Shown: positions 29,976-36,956 of the stretch, in pieces
Layout: each line of letters begins with the position of its first letter
Numbering within the stretch: position 1 is the first letter of the stretch
NCBI GenBank assembly: GCA_963842085.1
Contig: CAWJET010000001.1
Location: 1,216,001-1,280,000, forward strand
Source of the DNA: an uncultured delta proteobacterium
GTDB taxonomy: Bacteria; Desulfobacterota; Binatia; Binatales; Binataceae
DNA: 64,000 nt
Direction of reading: 5' to 3'
Notes under the pieces: generated by a model
What the model saw: the letters and a program-made list of their open reading frames with translations, nothing else
Database searches by the model: none
Told to the model about the DNA's origin: nothing
Position numbers and translations under genes: made by a program

Positions 29976-30698
29976 TTAAGACGACCACCCCTGTCGATTG
30001 TAGTAGTTGACTACCTGCTGAACGATCTGATCGGTGGTCTTATCCACGAGATAACCGGTTGAAGAGGTAATGTTCTTGACGCCTCCGGCAGCGAGATTCA
30101 CCCCCAGCGACGCGGCCGCGGTGGCGCCGCCCGCAGCTGCTCCGGCTGGTCCGGTGATTCCTGCACCGGGCATGTATCCGCTGTTAGCGTTCGTAGCGAA
30201 GTCAATTATCTCGGTCGAGCCTTGATCGGTCTTTTGAATAACCTGAACTACTGTGTCGACTTTCGATGCGCCCGCGCCAAGGCCGATCACCATTCGACGT
30301 AGCCGGTTTCCTTGGCTGATGTCCGTGAACTGGCCATCCAATATGAGAACATTGTTGCCGGTCGGAGGCACACCCCGCTGCAGGCAGGTAGTATTGATAC
30401 CCTTTCCCGTCAGGTTCGCCGCGACCTGGACGCAGATATTATGTGCCGTCTGGCGGGCGATCTCTTGCTCTTGGGCAGTCTGGTTGTCATCCGTCATGTT
30501 TCGGTAGGCTACCTGGAAGATGCTGGAGTTGAGTGAGACATCCGAAACACTTACGGCGAATGGATAAACGACCACTGCGGAGGGTGGTGTGGCCGAGATC
30601 GGCGCTGCAGAACTCTCTTGTGTCACATGCGCACCCGCGCATCCGAACGTCGCCAAGGCTAACAGCACATATGTTCGACTAAGAATTTGAAACCTCAT
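29976..30698 (-). CDS. DUF4410 family lipoprotein
   Basis: TFGC lipobox; GQFTDISQGNRLRRMVIGLGAGASKV, SGYMPG. Confidence 0.8.
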   Translation of the reverse strand: MRFQILSRTYVLLALATFGCAGAHVTQESSAAPISATPPSAVVVYPFAVSVSDVSLNSSIFQVAYRNMTDDNQTAQEQEIARQTAHNICVQVAANLTGKGINTTCLQRGVPPTGNNVLILDGQFTDISQGNRLRRMVIGLGAGASKVDTVVQVIQKTDQGSTEIIDFATNANSGYMPGAGITGPAGAAAGGATAAASLGVNLAAGGVKNITSSTGYLVDKTTDQIVQQVVNYYNRQGWSS

Positions 30699-30779
30699 GG
30701 TATTCCTCTTTTAAGCTGGAGTTGATTCCTTCTAGTCGTTTTCTTGTCCGAGTTTTGCATATTGAACTGGCTCTCCACA

Positions 30780-30813
30780 ATTGGACTTTGGTCCAATTGG
30801 TCCCTGGTCCTAC
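30780..30813. promoter_or_regulatory. Palindromic operator plus a degenerate adjacent copy
   Basis: ATTGGACTTTGGTCCAAT (30780) then ATTGGTCCCTGGTCCTAC (30796). Confidence 0.8.
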
Positions 30814-31008
30814 TGGTGCCACGCTCACTTAGTCTGCTGCAGTGCCGGCGGCTTCTACGACCTGTCGAGCGCGGTCTTTTGAGGTCAATAGAAACGCATC
30901 ACCATTGAAATTCTCTTCTGAGCCATCGCCTTCATTCCACTAAAATGGAGACAGCTTGGGCCTGAATGTCAGGACCATCGCGTCAACTCAGGGCCAGTCG
31001 CGCCTCTG

Positions 31009-31332
31009 CTAATTGGCAAAGCCGCTCTGGACGAAGACGCTACCTTTCGGTCCGATTCGGACGCATTCGGCCTGGCCGTTATAGTCGGGACTGCAAATGG
31101 GCTTGTCGACGGACGGACACTTGTACAAACCCGTGTCGATCTGCTGGCACGTGTTGATATTGAAATGTAACTCGGTCTTCGCCAGTGAGGCTTGCTGAGC
31201 CGCCGATGGTTCAGACGACGAGCACCCGCCAAGCGCGAGCAGCCCAACAACCGCGATCGTTGAAATCGCACGCTTGGTAATTCTTCGACCGTTCGAGACT
31301 TGATTCCAATTTAGCACAATAGCACCTCCCAT
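31009..31332 (-). CDS. Small Cys-containing lipoprotein (start uncertain)
   Basis: LGGC lipobox; four further Cys. Confidence 0.6.
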   Translation of the reverse strand: MGGAIVLNWNQVSNGRRITKRAISTIAVVGLLALGGCSSSEPSAAQQASLAKTELHFNINTCQQIDTGLYKCPSVDKPICSPDYNGQAECVRIGPKGSVFVQSGFAN

Positions 31333-31465
31333 CAGTTGATCTGTGTATCAGGACTGCGCGGCAGACTTTTCCTTCAGTTGTAGAATACGATTCCATATTT
31401 CCTGTGCCGGTAATCCATATCCTCTTCACTGTCCGAGTTTTTGGCAGATTGAACCGCGCAAAACA

Positions 31466-31498
31466 ATTGGACTTTGGTCCATTGGACCTTGGTCCTAT
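31466..31498. promoter_or_regulatory. Tandem operators at 15-bp period
   Basis: ATTGGACTTTGGTCCATT (31466) and ATTGGACCTTGGTCCTAT (31481). Confidence 0.8.
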
Positions 31499-31800
31499 TG
31501 GTCCCCGTATCTGTGATTCTCTCGGTCGTGTTCTTCTTGATCGCAGATATAGACACCCCACGTGAAGCTCGCTCAATCGCATTGGCAGCGAAAACACGGG
31601 GTAGGCCATTCCGGCTCCCATCGCCGCTCGCTTCTAATGTCCTTCTAACCAGATTGAATTTGACCATTTCCGGGGAAAGATAGTCGACCGGTTTGACTGA
31701 TGCGAATCGATTCGTAATGAAAAATGGAAAGTGGGTTGTAGAGAGGGAAAACCATTAGTCCGGTCCACCATTTGTCCCTCGCGCGCCTGTCTGCTAAATC

Positions 31801-32094
31801 ATGGGCATGAACCCCCTCCACGCCACCGCGCTCGCGCTCGTGGGCTGGTATTTGATGGTGCCACCTCTCGAACGATTCCCTAATGGGTGGGAGGCTTTCG
31901 ACTTCAACGCACCGCTGAGTCAATGGGATCGCTGGGATTCCTATTATACTGCGCGCGAATGTTCGGATGTTGATCGGAATTTAATTGAGAGAAGCCAGAG
32001 CATTCTTCATATTGATCCGCAAAACGAAGCAGCGAACGCGTATTTACAAGCGCGATGCATGGCGAGCGACGATCCGCGCCTCAAGGAAGAATAA
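31801..32094 (+). CDS. Small exported protein of a 'VGWYLMVPP...APLSxW...CxAxDDPRLK' family
   Basis: ALALVGWYLMVPP, APLSQW, ARCMASDDPRLKE. Confidence 0.7.
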   Translation: MGMNPLHATALALVGWYLMVPPLERFPNGWEAFDFNAPLSQWDRWDSYYTARECSDVDRNLIERSQSILHIDPQNEAANAYLQARCMASDDPRLKEE

Positions 32095-32876
32095 TTGAGC
32101 TAATTTAGCTCAATTTTGCATAATTCCAAATTTATTTGGGACATCCCCTCTCTCTGTTACTTAGGCCAGTCAGTTGCGATTTAGGACAGTGCCAGCTTGG
32201 GACGAAGCCTTGAACGAAAGAGACCGAGCGCCCTTTCGGGCCTAGTCCCTGTCTGTGGATTCCAAACCCCCGGTATCGTTCAAGGGAAGGCTGGGTGCTC
32301 CGCGGCCCTTCCAAATCGGCGCTCAAACTCTCAGGGCTCTCGAAGGATTGTTAATCCTCCGCGTGCTCACGGGCTAAACCACCCGCGAAGGGTGCCACCC
32401 GTCCCCGGATTGCCCGCAAACACCGCGTGACGAGAAGGCATCCTGGACCGAAGTCCGGCACTCCGCCGTCCTCAGCCGGCGTTTGAAGTCAGCGGTTCTT
32501 CAAGCCTGATGTCGCGTGCCGCAATTAACTTTACGGTGCATAATGATTTTCTCAAGTGCAGACGCGGCCAAAATGATCCAACAATCAAGACCGATTTGGG
32601 AGACACAACACTAGTTTGCCGTCTTCGACGTATAGCGCCTGAGCGCTCGTCGTTAAGAATCGATCGCGAATCACACCGGAGGTTTGCCCACCGCGGCGAG
32701 GCTGGTGATAGCCGATGACGAGCTTGTTGCGGCGGGCGGAGCGGAGGTACCACGCAGCGCGTGGCGTCGACGGCGGCCATCGACGCAGCCTGTTGGCAGA
32801 ACGTTATAGCCCGAGTTCCCAGATGGTCTGGGGCGCAAGGTTCCATGATTCGGGCTTTCATGCTACATAGCTATAT

Positions 32877-33200
32877 ATGCGAACACTGGGACGGTTCATC
32901 GTTGAGCGGCGCAAGGAGCTTGGACTGGCCGGACGCGAGGTGGTGGCGGAGGTGCGCAACTCCGATGGCAAGCCGATCTCGATTCCGTTCCTGGTCGACC
33001 TCGAACACGACCGCCGCAAGCCTTCCGACGAAGTGCTTGAACAACTCGCCAAGGTTCTCAAGGTCGATTCGGATGTGCTCTACTTTTTGGCAGGGCGGTT
33101 TCCCGCCGACCTCAGCGCGACGACCGTCAACAGTGCGCAGGAACTCGCGGCTGGCTGGAAGGCGTTTCGCCGAGAAGTTAAGCGCAAGAAGCGGCCGTGA
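32877..33200 (+). CDS. XRE-family HTH repressor (ImmR-like), probably leaderless
   Basis: LGRFIVERRKELGL...DLEHDRRKPSDEVLEQLAKVL; no RBS, -10-like TACATA 7 bp upstream of the ATG. Confidence 0.85.
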   Translation: MRTLGRFIVERRKELGLAGREVVAEVRNSDGKPISIPFLVDLEHDRRKPSDEVLEQLAKVLKVDSDVLYFLAGRFPADLSATTVNSAQELAAGWKAFRREVKRKKRP

Positions 33201-33862
33201 AGATGATACCGGACAGGACCCGACGCTTCCCGGAGCGTCCGCACTGGGAGATCCGGGAGCTCGAGCAGATGTGCGAGGAGAGGATCACCACCTTTCTGCG
33301 CCTGCACTTCGGGTTTGAGCGCATCCCGGTTCCGACCGAGGCGGTCACGATGTTGATCGAGCGTGACGCCGCCGACCTCGACCTGGCAACGAATCTTTCC
33401 GACGACATCCACGAGGTCTTTGGGTTCACCCAGTTCGAGCGCGGCCGAAAGCCGCGGGTCGCAATCGCGCGCGAACTGTGGGAGCAACGGCATCGCAACA
33501 ATCGGTTGCGTACAACCCTGACCCACGAATATGGCCACGTGATGCTCCACACCTGGCTGTACGACAAGTACGGCGTTGCCGGCGGTCCGCATCGCTGTTA
33601 CTGGCAGAGCCTGCTTCCAACCGAGCGGGTGTTCGACTGGTTTGAGTGGCAGGCGGGCTACGCCTCAGGTGCCTTGCTGATGCCGGAGAGCTTTGCGCGG
33701 CGCACGGTCGAGGCGTATTTCCAGAATCGATCCGAGCGTCCGCCGGTGGCCAAGGAATCGCCGGAAGCGTCAGTGCTCTGCCAGCGTATCTCCCTCGCGT
33801 TCGATGTATCCGTCGAGGCCGCCACCGTGCGGCTCTCCCAGCTCGGCTATCTGACCGCGTAG
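33197..33862 (+). CDS. ImmA/IrrE-family Zn metalloprotease (antirepressor)
   Basis: RLRTTLTHEYGHVMLH (HEXXH), EWQAGYASGALLMP, FDVSVEAATVRL; GTGA overlap with the repressor. Confidence 0.9.
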   Translation: MKMIPDRTRRFPERPHWEIRELEQMCEERITTFLRLHFGFERIPVPTEAVTMLIERDAADLDLATNLSDDIHEVFGFTQFERGRKPRVAIARELWEQRHRNNRLRTTLTHEYGHVMLHTWLYDKYGVAGGPHRCYWQSLLPTERVFDWFEWQAGYASGALLMPESFARRTVEAYFQNRSERPPVAKESPEASVLCQRISLAFDVSVEAATVRLSQLGYLTA

Positions 33863-33909
33863 CCTGCCAACCAAACCCTCGACCTTTTCGTCCAGACCGA
33901 TCTTCCCAC

Positions 33910-33956
33910 TTGACACTCGCGCCGTGTATCGCTACATAGCGAGTTAGTCATGTAGC
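33910..33956 (+). promoter_or_regulatory. Sigma70-type promoter overlapped by a GCTACATAGC operator
   Basis: TTGACA 33910-33915, CGCTACATAGCG 33930-33941, second inverted partial copy ending 33956. Confidence 0.65.
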
Positions 33957-33975
33957 CAAGGGCTCCACAGTTCCC

Positions 33976-34305
33976 ATGATCCCAATCGCAGTAAAGCAAG
34001 CACCGAAGTCGAACCTCCGATGGCGCATCGCCGCCTGCGCCGCGGTCCTCCTCGCGCTTCATGCCGCGCCGTCGTCGGCCGCACAATACGCCGATGTCCT
34101 GCCTTGGGATCAGACGCTCGGCGCGCTTCAGGACATCCTTATCGGTCCCGTGGCTCACGCAGTAATAGCGCTGAACTTCACGTTGTCGGCGATCCTGTAC
34201 GCGGTCGGCAGCCATCAGCGAGCAGGCCGCTTATTGGCTGGCGGATTGGCAGCTTACGCCGCGCTGATTGCTGTTCACTTGCTGACTTTTCTCTTGCCCT
34301 TTTGA
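33976..34305 (+). CDS. trbC: TrbC/VirB2-family conjugative pilin
   Basis: Long leader then LPWDQTLGALQDILIGPVAHAV and two hydrophobic helices. Confidence 0.7.
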   Translation: MIPIAVKQAPKSNLRWRIAACAAVLLALHAAPSSAAQYADVLPWDQTLGALQDILIGPVAHAVIALNFTLSAILYAVGSHQRAGRLLAGGLAAYAALIAVHLLTFLLPF

Positions 34306-34342
34306 GCAGTCCATTCCAAACGACCATTGGTGGAGGTCCGAT

Positions 34343-34618
34343 ATGAAACTCGCACGCATCGCAAAGCCGCTTCGTTCCCTACAGATGCGCGTGACGCTGC
34401 CCGGCGACCTGAACGCCGCGCTCGAGAGCTACGCGCGCTATTACGAACACGTTCACCGCGAGGCCGTGGATTCGAAGGCGCTGATTCCGGAGATTCTCAG
34501 TGCCTTCCTCGACGCCGACCGTGAGTTCCAGTCGTGGTCGCGCTCTGGCGCTCACAGTCAGCAGCGCCACGCCCGAACCGCGTTTTCGACCAACGGCAGC
34601 ACCAAGGCACAACGGTGA
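34343..34618 (+). CDS. DUF2274 family protein
   Basis: VTLPGDLNAALESYARYY, LIPEILSAFLDADREF. Confidence 0.8.
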   Translation: MKLARIAKPLRSLQMRVTLPGDLNAALESYARYYEHVHREAVDSKALIPEILSAFLDADREFQSWSRSGAHSQQRHARTAFSTNGSTKAQR

Positions 34619-34619
34619 C

Positions 34620-34810
34620 TGCCTTCAACGCCAGCACCTATGCCGTGCTTCGCACGTGTCTGCAATTGACACGTCACTCATCGCCTGGATGAACGCGAAT
34701 CGTGCAAGTGCCCGTAAACATTGCGCAGACGCTGTCTACAGCAACACGCGTGAAGCAGGCTAAGTCCCCGCCAAATCAGCGTAAACACCCGTCTACAGCA
34801 CCCTTTGGAG
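34620..34810. other. Candidate oriT
   Basis: Non-coding; hairpin CGTGC-TTC-GCACG; CGTAAACA x2 and GTCTACAGCA x2; directly upstream of RHH-T4CP-relaxase. Confidence 0.5.
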
Positions 34811-34818
34811 AATCAGAC

Positions 34819-35163
34819 ATGAGCACCCGATCGATCTCAACCCGAGTCCCGCAGGAAATCGCCGATCACCTCGCGGCCGAAGCGCGCCGCCGAAGCGTCA
34901 CCGAGAGCGATCTCATCCGCGAGATTCTCGCCGTGCGCTATCTCGCCGCCGGTCCATCACAGATGGAACCTCAGCCACACAGCCAACCGTTGGACGGGTA
35001 CGCGCAGCTCATCTTCGAGATCGCCAAGACCCGTTCCGTCGTTCTGCATTCGCTCGACCACACGCTGGGAGCGGACGTGGTCGACGAGATCATCGAGGCC
35101 TCCGAGCAGACCGCAAGAGAACACGTCGCGCAGGTGCTCAAGAGCAAGGAGATCCAGTCATGA
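34819..35163 (+). CDS. Ribbon-helix-helix relaxosome accessory protein (TrwA-like position)
   Basis: GGAG RBS; RSISTRVPQEIADHLAAEARRRSVTESDLIREIL. Confidence 0.7.
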   Translation: MSTRSISTRVPQEIADHLAAEARRRSVTESDLIREILAVRYLAAGPSQMEPQPHSQPLDGYAQLIFEIAKTRSVVLHSLDHTLGADVVDEIIEASEQTAREHVAQVLKSKEIQS

Positions 35164-36953
35164 CGCCCGCCATCCGTCAGGCAATTCACGAACACACTCT
35201 CCTTGCTTCGCTGGAGTTCAGACTCAGAGAGGCGCTCCGCTACCTCCTTCTGACTGCGGTGATTTGGGTCGAGATGACAGTGTGCCTCGTCTGGCACTGG
35301 ACCGGACATTATGGTGGCCCCGCCGCGCACCGCTATTTCATTCGCTGGTTTCTGGCGTGGTTCCTGACTCAGGAAATTCCGCTGACCTTCGCGTCGCTCC
35401 CCTACCGCGGCGGGCGCTACACCATCACCAGCATGTACGCCTTTCTCAATTACAAGTATTACCTCGGCGGCTCGTTCGCTTCATGGTATTGGCATTACGC
35501 CCCCTGGGGCGCGGTACTCACCGGTCTGATCGAGGCAGCGTGCATCGCCGTTCTCTTCCTGCGGCTGGGTCCATCAGAAGCCAGACATATTCGCGGCATC
35601 ACTCTGGTTTCGGCGCGCAAACTCGCCCGCAAGCTGGGCAGCCGCGCGGGCATTCAGCTGGCCGGCATTCGGATACCGCGCGCGCTGGAGTGCCAACACT
35701 TTCTCATCGCCGGCTCGACCGGCTCCGGCAAGTCGGTCGCGATACGTTCGCTGCTGCGACAGATCAAGGAGCGGGGAGAGACCGCGGTCGTCGTGGACCC
35801 GGAGTGCGAGTTCGTCGCGGAGTTCTACCAGCCCGGTCGCGGCGACTTCATCCTGAATCCGCTCGACGCCCGCTGCCCACGCTGGTCACCTTTGTATGAG
35901 CTCCGCGATGAGAGTCACGACGCAGACTGCGAGGCGCTAGCCGCCTCGCTGCTCCCTGATCCACCCGATGCTTACCACGAGGGTGGGGCGAGCTTCTTCT
36001 TCCGTCAGAGCAGCCGGACGCTGCTGACGAGCATCTTCCGCATAGCCGAGCCCAAGGAAGCCGCGTCGATCCCGCGCCTGCTGACCCTGCCGCGAGCTGA
36101 TCTCAGACGGGCGCTGGCAGGGACGCCAGCCGAAGCGCTCATCGATCCCGGAGCGCACGAGCAGGGTGCCGGCATAGTCGCCACCGCCGCGAATGCGACC
36201 AAGTCGTTCCAGTACCTGCCCGTGCAGGCGCCGCGAACTTGGAGCGCACTGGAGTGGTCGGCGCAGCGCAACGGCTGGCTCTTCCTGACTTCGTCGGAGG
36301 AGTCAAAGGACGCTGCGCTTCAGCTGCAGAGCGTGTGGCTCGATTGCATCATCCATCGGCTGATGAGCGGCGAAGTTGGGCCGCGCCGACGTGAACAGGT
36401 CTGGATAGTAGCCGACGAGCTTGCGGTGCTGAGACGGCAGGCGAAGCTCGAGGATCTGGTCGTCCGCGGGCGTAAGCGCGGCCTCGCGGTCGTGCTTGGC
36501 TTTCAGGCCATCACCCAATTGCGAACGATTTACGGCGCCAACCAGGCCGCCACACTGGTCGCCTCGCCCGCCACCAAGCTGATTCTGAGAACCGGAGAGC
36601 CTGAGACGGCGCAATGGTGCAGCGCGCAGATCGGCGAGCACGAGGTTGAGCGCGGCCATCTGAGCGCTAACGCGAGCCATGGAGAGCGATACTCGTTCGG
36701 TATTCGCGAACAGCGAACGACCGAACCCGCGGTGATGCCCGCCGAGATGCAGCTGCTCCAGCCGCTGTCGGGCTACCTCTGCATCACAGGTCATCACCGC
36801 TCGTTCGTGCGCTTCGACTATCTTGCGCCCGAAGTCCGACAGGAAGGTTTCATCCCGCGCGTCAATCTGCCTGCGCCGGTGAAGCCAGCGCGACGGGCGC
36901 AGGTGATCCCGCTGCATTCCGCAGCGGCGAGCAAACGAAGGGAACGGATCTGA
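35160..36953 (+). CDS. Type IV coupling protein (TraD/TrwB family)
   Basis: N-terminal TMs; HFLIAGSTGSGKS, ILNPLDARCPRWSP, VADEL, GRKRGLAVVLGFQAITQL. Confidence 0.92.
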   Translation: MTPAIRQAIHEHTLLASLEFRLREALRYLLLTAVIWVEMTVCLVWHWTGHYGGPAAHRYFIRWFLAWFLTQEIPLTFASLPYRGGRYTITSMYAFLNYKYYLGGSFASWYWHYAPWGAVLTGLIEAACIAVLFLRLGPSEARHIRGITLVSARKLARKLGSRAGIQLAGIRIPRALECQHFLIAGSTGSGKSVAIRSLLRQIKERGETAVVVDPECEFVAEFYQPGRGDFILNPLDARCPRWSPLYELRDESHDADCEALAASLLPDPPDAYHEGGASFFFRQSSRTLLTSIFRIAEPKEAASIPRLLTLPRADLRRALAGTPAEALIDPGAHEQGAGIVATAANATKSFQYLPVQAPRTWSALEWSAQRNGWLFLTSSEESKDAALQLQSVWLDCIIHRLMSGEVGPRRREQVWIVADELAVLRRQAKLEDLVVRGRKRGLAVVLGFQAITQLRTIYGANQAATLVASPATKLILRTGEPETAQWCSAQIGEHEVERGHLSANASHGERYSFGIREQRTTEPAVMPAEMQLLQPLSGYLCITGHHRSFVRFDYLAPEVRQEGFIPRVNLPAPVKPARRAQVIPLHSAAASKRRERI

Positions 36954-36956
36954 GCC

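Noticed and set aside
17865-31498. Tandem TGGAC..GTCCA units as a CRISPR array or REP elements
   Set aside because: No spacers and no cas genes; only 2-3 overlapping units, always upstream of gene starts, which fits operators.
31500-31565. VILSVVFFLIADIDTPR membrane-protein fragment
   Set aside because: Only about 20 codons with no start; a deletion scar at most.
32442-32459. Extra operator-like CCTGGACCGAAGTCCGGC
   Set aside because: Lacks the AT flanks, has one core mismatch and no clear downstream gene; may be chance.
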